A stretch of DNA of 63,810 bases, filler included, from Craspedostauros australis (lineage: Eukaryota): assembly GCA_030167865.1 (NCBI GenBank). It is 11 parts of 11 records of this genome, joined end to end, with 100 filler letters (N's around TTAATTAATTAA, not from the genome) between each part and the next. Parts side by side here need not be neighbours in the genome. Positions count along the whole stretch, not along the records: positions 28,799 to 46,767 come from JALAGF010004137.1; 10 more parts are not named here. The stretch is one strand, 5' to 3'. Positions within the stretch are counted from its first letter, which is position 1; the number at the start of each line of letters is the position of its first letter. Below, piece after piece: positions 33,072 to 44,268 of this stretch. The translations under genes were made by a program, and so were the position numbers. The notes beneath the pieces are model-generated. The model had not been told where the DNA came from. It was given only the letters and a program-made list of their open reading frames with translations, and ran no database searches.

Positions 33072-35348
33072 TCATCTCACTTTGATACGCTTCCTCGGAC
33101 GTGTTGCGTCCAACAACGCAATGACATCATCATAGCCATTCTTCTTTGCAATATCTCGTGCGGTTTCGCCCCTCTTATTTCGGACACCTGGATTCATGCC
33201 GGCTTCGATCAAAGGCTTGATCAACCTCTGTCGGTTCTTCTTGCATGCCATGTGCAATGCTGTATTGCCTTCTCTGTTTCGAAGCGCCAAGTCTGCCCCG
33301 TCTGTTCGAATCAACGATACCATCATGTTGAAGTATCCTTGGCTGCACGCAACATGCAGCGGGGTGTCACCGCAGACGTTCTGGATATTAGTGGCTGGTT
33401 GGGTTGCTTTCACCAAGTTCTCCATCATATCTCGGCTTTCGATGAGATGAATCTGGTCCAAGTTGCAGCTTGCTATGATCTTGTTGCGGATGAGCTTGTA
33501 GACCTTGGAGAGCCTCTGTTCTCCACTGAATGGGAAGCACTTGCGATCTCTGTAGGCAAGGCTGACTGGTGTGTCACCATCATTGTTTTGGATGTTCGGA
33601 TCAACCTTTTCGCAGTGCGATTGGAGGAGGTACTTGAACACTTGCTGTATCGAGTTGGAATACGCGAGATGGAGTGGTGTATCCCCTTCATTGTTCTGGG
33701 CGTTCATATCCACCTCTGGTAGGTTTGACTCAAGCAATATCTTCGCGCAAGCGGAAGTTTTTTGCATGGCTGCGATGTGCAGCGGTGTGTTGCCCAACTG
33801 GTTCGGAATGTTGGCATCGATCACAACAAAGTCGAGCCGAAGCAATTGCTGCAGGGCATCTTCATCGTGGTGTGTTATGGCAAGATGCAATGCCGTATTC
33901 CCCTTGGCATTTTGGATGGTGGCATCAACAGTCCCGTATTCAGGCTTCAGCAGCAGCTGATAGGCGGAGAAGCGGTAGTTCATGATTGCGATGTGAAGCA
34001 ATGTGTTGCCATCGTTGTTCTGCGCATTCGTGTCCATTTCGTCTTGGTGCGATTCAAGGAGATACTTGATCAATCCTTTGTCTTCACAGTTGAAGGCGAT
34101 ATGAAATGCTGTATCCCCTGATCCATTTTTCATCCGAACGGTGAAATCCACTTGGTCGGACTCAACGAGGTGTCGTACCAACGCAACATTCTGGAATCGG
34201 CATGCTGCGTGAAAAGGAGTATCGCCATCCCTATTTTTGGTGTTGAGAACGTCATCAATCTGCTTCAGCTCCAGCCAGCTCTGTACTACGTCGATAGACC
34301 CGTCCTGGCATGCTTGATGGATCGGCGTGTTTCCTTCCCAATCGCGGATCGTGAGATTGACTGTCGGGTCCAATTTGGCTAGGTACGGCGCCACAGTTTT
34401 GTCTTCAAGTGTACATGCGTTGCTAAACGGCGTGGAGCCTGATTTGTTCTTTTTGCTGAAGTCACCCTTTCCTTTGTTCGCCTTCACCATGAGCTCGATC
34501 AACTCCCTCGAATCTCTGAAGCGGGTGAGATGGAAAGCTGTATTGCCATTGTTGTCGGGAATGTCGAGATCGATTTTGAGATGATAAGCTTGAAGGAGGA
34601 GCTTACGCTTGTCAATATCATTGGCGCAAGCAATGTGGAACGGTGTTCGCCCTTCGTTGTCTTGAATGTTGGGATCAATGGGACGATTGGACGGTTCGGA
34701 GTTGATCAGTAGTTTCAATTCGTCACCATTACCATTATCACATGCATAGTGAAGAGGCGTCTTTCCTTTGCTGTCCTGCAAGTTCATATCGAGGGTGTTC
34801 GCGTGACTCGAATTGATGATGTGCGTCAGATGCTCAGAATGCCTTCGTTGGCATGCAAGATGGAGTGCTGTGCGACCAAATTTATCCGGTATATTGCACA
34901 CCGTGTTTGTCTTGTCGGCTTTCAACAAGATCTCCAGTCCCCAGGTGCGCCAATTTCTGAACACCAGGTGAATTGGTAAATCACCGTCCCGATTCCGGAT
35001 AAACTGATCGACCTTGAGATCATCCGTTTCGACAAGATACCTCATCACACAGTTGTAGCTGCAATCACAGGCAAAGTGGAGCGGGGTTTGTTTGAAATTG
35101 TTTTTCACATTCGCATTGATTGTGATTCGTTTCGACTCTACCAAGTACCTTGCGCAGTCGTCCGTCGAGTTGCGGCATGCGTAATGAAATGCCGTGTTTC
35201 CCTCATCATCTTTGACACTCCCTCTGGCGCGCACCTTCCGCGTCTTTGATTCAATCAGACTTCTGACCCAGGATAGATCCCCTTCACGGCATGCATTCAT
35301 CAGCGGCGTTCTCCCGCCGCGGCCCTTTGTGTTGATATATGCGTTCAT
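33072..35348 (-). CDS. Long ankyrin repeat protein (758 aa) with C-terminal basic NLS-like motif
   Basis: Near-continuous G-x-T-[PA]-[LF]-H-x-A repeats; ends RPRKRIKVR. Confidence 0.9.
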   Translation of the reverse strand: MNAYINTKGRGGRTPLMNACREGDLSWVRSLIESKTRKVRARGSVKDDEGNTAFHYACRNSTDDCARYLVESKRITINANVKNNFKQTPLHFACDCSYNCVMRYLVETDDLKVDQFIRNRDGDLPIHLVFRNWRTWGLEILLKADKTNTVCNIPDKFGRTALHLACQRRHSEHLTHIINSSHANTLDMNLQDSKGKTPLHYACDNGNGDELKLLINSEPSNRPIDPNIQDNEGRTPFHIACANDIDKRKLLLQAYHLKIDLDIPDNNGNTAFHLTRFRDSRELIELMVKANKGKGDFSKKNKSGSTPFSNACTLEDKTVAPYLAKLDPTVNLTIRDWEGNTPIHQACQDGSIDVVQSWLELKQIDDVLNTKNRDGDTPFHAACRFQNVALVRHLVESDQVDFTVRMKNGSGDTAFHIAFNCEDKGLIKYLLESHQDEMDTNAQNNDGNTLLHIAIMNYRFSAYQLLLKPEYGTVDATIQNAKGNTALHLAITHHDEDALQQLLRLDFVVIDANIPNQLGNTPLHIAAMQKTSACAKILLESNLPEVDMNAQNNEGDTPLHLAYSNSIQQVFKYLLQSHCEKVDPNIQNNDGDTPVSLAYRDRKCFPFSGEQRLSKVYKLIRNKIIASCNLDQIHLIESRDMMENLVKATQPATNIQNVCGDTPLHVACSQGYFNMMVSLIRTDGADLALRNREGNTALHMACKKNRQRLIKPLIEAGMNPGVRNKRGETARDIAKKNGYDDVIALLDATRPRKRIKVR

Positions 35349-36064
35349 GATGTCTGATTCGACAAAAAAGAAATTGAAATTGGTCGCAGGTGCGAGTGGA
35401 GAATGATCCTCCAGAATGCGCAGGACCTGATCCTTTGCTGCAACCTGATGCTATTGTTCGCTTCCAGTGCGCGCAGCGTACCAGTATGTACCGGGAAGGA
35501 ACACGTCGGGATACGAATGAAAGTGTTGCCGCTTCGTTCCTCGAATGGGTGAATTACCTTGTGCTGTTGCGCTCTTGTGCTCTTCCGCTCTTGTGCTTTT
35601 CTGCTCTTGTGCAGATGGGCGCTGTCCGCACAATCGAGTTGAGGTGTGTGTGAACACCTTCCTTGGGCGGCTATGTCGATGTGGGCGTCCCCTTTCCAGT
35701 GTTCTCGTTGTCATGGCTTGTGCCATCATGAGTGTTGTTGTCTCCGTGACGATGATGACGTGCACCCACAAAACAAGGATCGCGAAGGCGTTGATTGGTG
35801 TATCCGCGACTCAGCGGGAGTGTGCGATCTTTGTGTCACGGATACTGTGTTCGACTCATTCGACAGAAAACGATTGTTGCGAAAACGTCCCTCCGATCCC
35901 ATCATCACGTCGGTCGAAGCCATGCACAAATACAATCAAACTGCAAATCCAACCATGCCCTGACGACAACCTGGTACCACTTGTGTTGAAGTTCCATACT
36001 CTGGAGTGTAGTACAGTACTGGTACGCTGCGTACATCCCTTTCAGGAGCCAGCTTTGCGCAACG

Positions 36065-36709
36065 ATGACCGCCCGCTGGGCAGTCACCTCGATTGTCACA
36101 AGATTCATCCTCGTGGAGACGCAACATGGAGGGAACGTGGGATCGGCTGCGCGTGCCATGAAGACGATGGGGTTCGCGGACTTGGCTTTGGTGCGACCGA
36201 CGGATGCCAAAGTTGTTGGACGGTCAAAGACAGAGCGAATGGCAAGCGGAGCCCTCGATGTGCTGCAAAGCGCGCAGATCTACCCGACGTTGGAGGAAGC
36301 AGCCCACGGGTTCGACTTGTGCTGCGGGACAGGCATGCCGCACGACATGTTTCGGCAGCGCAGACCACGAGACTATCGGGCGCCGAGGCCCTACTTCGCT
36401 TCGATCATGGCTCATCATGATGGCACTGGTAGCAACGGCAATAACAACAGCGAATGTGGCAACATTCAACACGATTTAGGAGACGGCGGTAACGCGACGT
36501 TCGGCAGCCAAGACGATGCGCTCAAGATCGCCTTCGTTTTCGGCAATGAGCGCATGGGCATGAACGAAGAGGATATGGATCTATGCGATGTCATGCTCGG
36601 GATTCCGACCAATCCAAAGTTCGGAAGCTTGAACTTGGCCTCCGCCGTACAGCTTGTCGCGTACGACTGGAGAGAGGCGATTGATGGCTACCGTGTCGGG
36701 GACTTGTGA
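36065..36709 (+). CDS. trmJ: SPOUT RNA methyltransferase, TrmJ/LasT (TrmH group 1) family
   Basis: RFILVETQHGGNVGSAARAMKTMG; IAFVFGNERMGM; IPTNPKFGSLNLASAVQLVAYD. True 5' end is uncertain (possible acceptor CTTTCAG near 36045). Confidence 0.85.
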   Translation: MTARWAVTSIVTRFILVETQHGGNVGSAARAMKTMGFADLALVRPTDAKVVGRSKTERMASGALDVLQSAQIYPTLEEAAHGFDLCCGTGMPHDMFRQRRPRDYRAPRPYFASIMAHHDGTGSNGNNNSECGNIQHDLGDGGNATFGSQDDALKIAFVFGNERMGMNEEDMDLCDVMLGIPTNPKFGSLNLASAVQLVAYDWREAIDGYRVGDL

Positions 36710-36918
36710 GGCATGGATCTTCGATCGTTGGCTTACGTGCGAATGCTTGTTGGAGTGGATGTGTTTGATTTGTACCCATGGAAGCAGGCTTGAAATGGTC
36801 ACGTACTACTGTTGACACTGACAGCGCAGACCAGGTCTGCTTGGAGAACATCCACCCAGCCGTTGTCCATCAACGCACTCGCGCTCGCACTCATTGCAAG
36901 GGAGCGCAGATCGATCAG

Positions 36919-39549
36919 CTATCTGCAAGGAACGATCTTGATGCAGGTTTTGGCGCGCAGCGGGATGCAGTAAATCGCCCCATCCATTCCGAGAACTCCG
37001 CCTTCACACTTGTCCTTGACCTTCATCATGTCCTCACCGCATGGAATCACATCGACAGCGTCATGGGATGCAAGGCCGTCAGGAGATGGGTGGATTCGCA
37101 GAACGCCGGTGGCTCGTTGCGGTATGCCGTACAGACACCCATCTTCGCAGCAAAATCCGTTCTGAAATTTGTTGGCACCATCCAACAGCGGCGGTCCAAC
37201 CAGCTCCAATTCGTCGGTTGTCATATTCATCCTGAGAACGCGTTCTGCGTCGCATGGGAAAAGGTAGGCGAACTTGCCATCCCTCGTCAATGCGCCGCCG
37301 AGGTACTTGTAGCGATTGTCCTGCGGGATGCGATGGCGCCCGGAAAATAAGATATTCGATGAGCCGACGGTGTACACCTTGTTCAGCTTGCAATTGATGA
37401 CCAGCACCTCATCCGAGTTGTTGGGAAACCCGATGATCTTGTCTCCAGCGGCCAATCCGCCGTGCCACTTCCATTGACCAACAGGAAGAGGACGTTGGTC
37501 ATCGCTAGAACCAAGGAAGGAGACCTCGTCTGTCTGTGGATTTATCCGCAGCACCGTGTGCTCGTTGTGCGGGATGCCGTAGATGTTGCCATCGCTGCCG
37601 ACGATGCCACCAAACCACTTGCATCGACCGTTCCCCAAGTCAGGCCCGATCATGACCACCTCGTCGGTGACTGGGTTGATTTTCGCAATCCTGGGTGCGT
37701 TTGCTGGGATGCAGTAAATCCATCCGTTCTGCGCGGCCAGGTTTCCGCCATGGTAAAACCACGCATCGACGCCTTCACATGCCTCCTTCAGAACGTTGCG
37801 ACCGAATGTGTACACGCCATCATCCCCATCGCAGTGGTCGCCCGTGCCCTTTGCTGGGTTCACTTTCAAGAACGACAGGTCATTGCAGGCTAGCGCGATG
37901 CAGCATCCATCGGAGTATTCGTCGGCCTTGGGCGTGCCCGCAAACACGTGAGGAGGCACTTCGACTCCGCGCAACCATTTGAATTTGCCAACGAAGGTCG
38001 GGCCTATCCAATCCATGCGTCCAGTCTCCGTTGTGATCCGCAGCACCCGCTTGGCACCGCCAGGCACGCCGTAAACGTACCGACCACAGGGAGAGGACAT
38101 GCCGCCAAGGTACTTTTCCTGGCCGACCATCTCCTTTTGGTTGTCTGTTGTTAGCTGTACGGCCTTTGCTGGTATTGATGGTGGCACATTCGGGATAGAG
38201 TCTGTGCATGCGCATGTTCGTGTGCATATTGGTGCAGGTGCAGGAATGGAAGCAGCTGAGACCGACTGCAAGGTGGATGAGAGTATCATGGCTGGATCGG
38301 TGGCAATGACATCAGAGAAGTCCTTTTCTAATCGTACGCCACGTATCAGTGCCTTTTCCAACTCCTTCTCGCTGGCATGATACGGCACCAGCCCGTACAG
38401 CTGCGCCATTCGCTCTGATAGGATGGGCGTGCATCTTCGGAAATAGTTCCGAAACAACAAGATCTTCCTGTGCGGGCCCTCAGCGTTCAAGAGTGTGCCT
38501 TCAGTTGCAGTCGGTTGGTGACACAGTTCACGATCGACACACCAGGCAGCGGTTCGTCGTTGGTTGTAGGAATCCAGCTTTTCATTCCAAAATTTCCGTT
38601 TTTCGTCAGCAAACCATCGCGATGGCACCATCGTGCAATCGAAGACGACATGATGGCACAGATTGGCACCGATGCCATTGTATCGTGACTGATCTTCCTC
38701 CTGCTGTTGTTCGGCTCCAGAGTTATGGTTGTATTGCAACATGCACGTCATATCTGACCGATACAACAATACGTCTCCTGGTGACAGTGGTACATTGCGT
38801 ATCTTCACTGTATCGCTGTCATCGCCTCCTGCATCCACTGTTGGCTTGATCGATGCAACAATGGAACTACTTCGTGTTCCTTGGGACTCGGTCTGTGCCG
38901 TGCTTTTCTCTGCGTTGATGGTATGGTATGCGTCACATAGATCCGGCAATATGGCCAACGATCGCACAGCAATTGAGGTTCGTATTGCCGACGTGGTTGG
39001 TGTTGCCGTTGCAGAAGCCTCAAAGCAGGTACCGATGGATGGATCTTCATCTCCGACAACCCGAAATCCCTCTTTGGAGCTCAGCAGCTCTGATGTCCCC
39101 CAAAGGTGTTGGAAGACTTCATCTGCCAAGTTCTGCCGCAGACTGTTGAGCAACCAACCGGCACCGTAATGTGCACCGAACTGATGCTTGCGCACGACGG
39201 ATCTGAGATTCATCACTGCTGGGTCCAATGCATCACTATCGTTAGTGGCATTCATTGAAGACGCTCTCTTCACGAGCTCGTCCCAATCCAAGTGCCCGTT
39301 TGAAACGTCCTGCAGGAAGTGCCATATCTGTTGCATCGCCTGTTTGCTTGTGGCTTCCGGAACAGCGGATCGCAAATGAATGAACCCATCATTCAGCAAG
39401 CGTTCTTTCGCTTCTTGCGTCAGTAGGTCGGTGGACCCCGATGCTCGCAAGGCATCGCGCAACGTCTGTGACGTGCCCTCCTTCATGTCCGTGGCACGTC
39501 CGATCGAAGTTTGATCCGCAATTGCTGCTTGCGGCCGTGCGTTCGTCAT
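36919..39549 (-). CDS. Degenerate PhyH/2OG-dioxygenase-like N-terminal domain fused to an 8-repeat beta-propeller-like domain
   Basis: N-terminal LLNDGFIHLRSAVP...QQIWHFL and PGDVLLYRSD; C-terminal eight repeats of K[WY]xGG...G.IYxIP...VLRIxP. Confidence 0.7.
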   Translation of the reverse strand: MTNARPQAAIADQTSIGRATDMKEGTSQTLRDALRASGSTDLLTQEAKERLLNDGFIHLRSAVPEATSKQAMQQIWHFLQDVSNGHLDWDELVKRASSMNATNDSDALDPAVMNLRSVVRKHQFGAHYGAGWLLNSLRQNLADEVFQHLWGTSELLSSKEGFRVVGDEDPSIGTCFEASATATPTTSAIRTSIAVRSLAILPDLCDAYHTINAEKSTAQTESQGTRSSSIVASIKPTVDAGGDDSDTVKIRNVPLSPGDVLLYRSDMTCMLQYNHNSGAEQQQEEDQSRYNGIGANLCHHVVFDCTMVPSRWFADEKRKFWNEKLDSYNQRRTAAWCVDRELCHQPTATEGTLLNAEGPHRKILLFRNYFRRCTPILSERMAQLYGLVPYHASEKELEKALIRGVRLEKDFSDVIATDPAMILSSTLQSVSAASIPAPAPICTRTCACTDSIPNVPPSIPAKAVQLTTDNQKEMVGQEKYLGGMSSPCGRYVYGVPGGAKRVLRITTETGRMDWIGPTFVGKFKWLRGVEVPPHVFAGTPKADEYSDGCCIALACNDLSFLKVNPAKGTGDHCDGDDGVYTFGRNVLKEACEGVDAWFYHGGNLAAQNGWIYCIPANAPRIAKINPVTDEVVMIGPDLGNGRCKWFGGIVGSDGNIYGIPHNEHTVLRINPQTDEVSFLGSSDDQRPLPVGQWKWHGGLAAGDKIIGFPNNSDEVLVINCKLNKVYTVGSSNILFSGRHRIPQDNRYKYLGGALTRDGKFAYLFPCDAERVLRMNMTTDELELVGPPLLDGANKFQNGFCCEDGCLYGIPQRATGVLRIHPSPDGLASHDAVDVIPCGEDMMKVKDKCEGGVLGMDGAIYCIPLRAKTCIKIVPCR

Positions 39550-40006
39550 GGCACTTTGCCGTGGAATAGGATATGGACGTTGCCTCTATGTATTATAGAA
39601 TACGAAATATTGCTATTGCTATTGCTATTGCTGATGCTGATACTTCTGTTGCTATTAACGCCACCGTGTGTTGAGAGCCTCTCTGTTGATTGCAGCCGCT
39701 CGGAACGTATTCTGTGTGTTTGGAGGGTCTCAACATGCACGATCTTTGCGATGTTGTGTGGGGGGACAAATCGATGGGCGCGTTTGTGGTTTTGGGTGAT
39801 TCTGTTCACGTTCGTCAATCGTGGATTGAAGTCTACGAAATAGAATACAGATAGAGTGCACAGGCTTCGGCTTGTTTCCCAATTTCCGTTTTGTCGCTTT
39901 TTCAGAGATGGCGAGGTTGGGCAAACGAATTGAAGGAAGCAAACGCGATGGATGTGCTCTATGACTATGTATGTGTGTGTGGGTGGGGTGTTGATTTTAA
40001 CTATCA

Positions 40007-43000
40007 TCATCCCTTCCACTCGCCATCGCCGTCGTCATCACCGTCGCTGTCGCCATCATCATCTTTGGCTTCCTCCATGACCCATCGCACGGAATATTCG
40101 TCAAAAACAAACTGCGGAGTTGCTCCTATCTTGGACGATTCCAGGCTCCGTTTCCACTGCGACCGGATCTTGGCGGATTGCTGCGACGCGGAGTCAAAGA
40201 AGCGCTTCATGTGCAACCGCAGACCACCGTACCCGCCGTGCAATACTTTTCTTGCATTGCTGTTTGGGGGAGGTTGCGACGAATGCATTGGCATTGGCAC
40301 TTGAGATTGCGATCGTTCGAATGCTTGGCTGTTTCTCAAGTTCGACGGCAGCAGAGTTCGCACGTGATTGCGCATCCACTTCGGAAGATTTCCCTGCAGC
40401 TCCTGGCGGAACCCAGGCGGCATCCTGTCCGTCGTCCCAGCGCAATCCAATGCCAAAGAGTCGCAAAACCGAGAATCCATCAGAATCATGGTGCCATAAT
40501 CTGCGCCATGCCGGATGCAACGGCCCAGCGCCTGTGCGATTGCACGAAAGGCTTGCTGTTTGTACCAGCTGCTGCCGCTCAAAAGCGCTTCGTTCTGTTC
40601 GACGCGACGTTGCTGATCATTGTAGGCGCGCTTTGAGCTGACGTTGCGGTCACTTGCGTTTGGGAATGGAATACCAACGCAAATCACACAACGCGCATAG
40701 TCATCGTTGAAGGAGATGCCCTCCGACATCTTGCCACGGTACACGGCGAGCAAAATACAGCTGCCACGCTCCTTGACGATGTTCTTGTACTCATCACGTG
40801 CGTCTTCGAAGGCCTGTTGGTCGTTGCTGGGCTCGACGATGACATGACCCTTGGACTGGATCAACCGTTCCCATATGCCGCGTGCGTTGGAGGTAAAAGG
40901 GCGGCATCTGGTGGAATTTGTGCTCTTCCACGCAGCCACACATTTCTTGAGGACGCTGTACGATGACAGGAAGACCAGAACACCGCCATGCGGGACGGCT
41001 TCCACAGCTTCAGCGATCGCAGTTCCCAGTTTGGGAAAGAACGAAGGGTTCGAAGACTGGCTGTACTTCACGCTAAGTTCACTGCCATCTGGAAAGTGAC
41101 CGATAGCGACAGCCATCACTTGTTTGCAGAGATTGACGACATGGTCGGCCTCCAACGGTCTCGGTCTGATTTGCAAGCGCGCGTTCGTGGAGCAATCATC
41201 GCCATGGACGGTGGGGTCGTTCCGAGCACTTGCAGCATTTTCTCCTGTGCCAGTTTCGTCGTCATCTCTGGTCGGTGCCTCATCATCACTGGGGGACGGT
41301 CCGCCACCATTGTCCGTACGCGCACTCCTGTTTGTGTTGTCGTGTCCGTTTGCGCTTCCGCCTGCGCCTGTGTCTTCATGGGTACGAGGCCTGGTTGGCA
41401 TGGGCGCGTGCGAATTCAACAACGGAACTGAAGACTTCGAAGATTTGAGGAGCTCCAGTTCCGCGCAGACGGATCCTAAAGGCGCCAGTGATCCGCTTGC
41501 GAGAATGACGGAGTGGGCATTCCGGGCCAGACTTCTGAACGTCAGACCGGGGTTGAGCAGCCGGATCACAAAATGGCACGTCCATCGTGGATACGATCCA
41601 TCGCAATACTCGGCATGCCGCATTGCATGATGTGAATTCGCACCGGAACAGCATGATGGATGTTTGCATGGCGGCAGGGATCTTGTCGGTTCAATTTTGT
41701 TCCTCGGTGGAGCCAGCGGCACTCGTCTTGGTTTTCGGACCGATCGCTTTTTTCGTTGCGATTGTTGTTGTTGTTCTTGTTGTTGTTGGCGACGCCCATT
41801 CCGTTGGCTTTGCTGAGAGCTGTTGCGTGGTAGGGCCCCATTCTGTTCTTCGTTACCGCCCTCTTGCTCGTACTCATCCTTTATGCCTTCATGTCGATCA
41901 TTGCCATCGTCTTCGTGAATGTCATCAAAACTACGGTAATGCTGATTTCCGTTCCTGCTCAACGCATGCTTCATGTTTCCATTCGGTTTCAAGTCGAAAG
42001 CAACGTAAAATGAGCTGTGCAGTTTCGAGTATGTGGCGTGCAGTGCGAGTAAGTGAGTGGACATGGGGGTGATTAGCAGTGTGAGCAAGAACTTCGATTG
42101 CGTGTATGTGAAGGAGGTTGCTGTATGAGCATGGTGCAGCAAAGCAGTACTTGCAAAATGCGCTTGCTCGGAGTCCTTGTGCAAGAGCACATTCGCAGAC
42201 GCCGCAAAGACATGAGCAATCCGGCTTGACTTACTCTGGATTTGATGCCACCATACCCAACTTCGCGATGAGGTCAAACAAGACGTCCAACGACTTTCCA
42301 ATCGTCTTCCAGTGTTTCTTGACGTTGATCACAGTCTCTTTCAAGCGCCAGATGTCCACAAACTTCAATAATTCTGTCAGGATTTCGTGGCAGTTGTTTG
42401 GCTGTGATCCATTCGCGCCGTCACTCGACCCATAGTAGTCTACCTCAATGCTGTGGTCGTCCGGCAACGGTCTCTGCCTGTGCAAGGTCCTCGCGGTCTT
42501 GATACCTTCCCCATACTCGAATCCAAATCTTTTGTTCCTCATCATAAGCAAAAGGCGTTCCGTAAACAGCAACAACTCATGAATTGAAGCAGCGAATTGG
42601 TTTCCACTTGTGTCATTGGCACCGCCATTGCCTGCACGGGTCTGTTCGTTTGCCCACATCGAGCCAGGCTCCCCAGTTCTGTTCGGTGGTTTGTACTTTT
42701 TGGACCAACGATTGAGGTACATGATGACCGTGTACAATTCGAACTCATGATATGAACCGCTGCCGACCTCGCACAGTGCCCCTTCCACATTGTGTGCTTC
42801 GTCGAGCACGATGATGGCATCGCGGATGCTGAGCGATGATGCAGCACGGATGGATGGATTTAGCACGTAGTTGTATGGTGCGAAAATCAGTTCTGCCTGC
42901 TTTGCCAGCCCGCGAGAAATATAGTACGGGCATGGCGACGTGATGCCGAAGTGGTCCTTGCCGTGCTCATCCTCACCTTCCGTTCCACGCAAAGTCGTGA

Positions 43001-44215
43001 TCTCCGTTGGATTGGAAGCCGAGCGGTTGAGCTCCTCCTGCACCTCGGCGGGTTGCATGGCACTGGTGTCGTTCCCATTCACCTTGATGATCCAGTCTCC
43101 ATCGTCGATATCGGGCAATGCACATTCCTGGTGATTCGTCTCCGTCGCTGTCGATGCTGCAGACGATCTCGCTCTGATCACGCTGCCGTGGCCAAGCCTG
43201 TGGCTCACCATCTGGAGTTTGCGTCTGTCGGGGCCGTCATTGTAGACGGGCACATTACGTTGCAGGTACGGATGCTTTCCAAACGATACCAAGTCCTCAA
43301 TATCGTGCGCACCCATGTAGCTCTTGTCTCCCGCCTTCGATGAGCAGCATCCGACAGCCTGTGGGTTCATGGCAAACTTGGATTGGACAATCCGCGCCAC
43401 CATGGGATCTCGCAAAGCCTCATAGTGCGAACACGGCTTCTTCCATTCGCTCTTGGGCATGTACTCATCATCGTCATCGTCATCAGAAGCATCGTCTTCA
43501 TCATCACAGCCGAAGGATCCATTGAGGTCGTTTCCCTCCCAGTTCTCGGTCCTGCCACCGTACATACCAGTTGGATATCCATTGCGGTAGTGTCTGTCTG
43601 CGATTCGCTTTTTGGCGATGCACATTCGGTTCAACGACTTTGGTTTTTCATTCACTGAGCTGTGAGGTTGAGGCGCGTGGGAACGGCCATGGAATACACA
43701 CAATATGGTATGATATGGTATGATATGGTATGATATGGCACAGTATGGTATGGTGCGGTATGATACAACAGAGTGCGCGAATAGAGCAGAGTAATTGGTT
43801 TTTGTAGAATATGCAAGTGGCACGAATGTGCAAGCGTGTTGTCGTGGAAGAGGAAAGCGTCGGCAAAGGTTGCGAAAAAGTAAGCGTCGTGATCTGTTTG
43901 TTGTGGAATCGGCATTAGCACACGCAATCATGTCCCTGCGCAGCATGCCGCAGTTTGATCTCATGCAGACAACAATGGCTCGAACTCGAACGTGATTGTG
44001 CGTACCTGTTGATGCACATGCGATCACGTCCCCCGAGGACCGCCATGCGTGGCCGGTACGGCGTCTTCTTCAAACTCGCCACCATCTGCGTCACTTGCGA
44101 ATGCGTGCGGGAACAAAAGATGATTGTTGGGACCTTGCGACTGTGCTGTGCTGCGCCATGAAGTGCTGTTGTCTCCTTGCCATTTCTGCTGCTGCTGCTT
44201 GTTGCACTTTCATCG

Positions 44216-44268
<53 letters not shown>

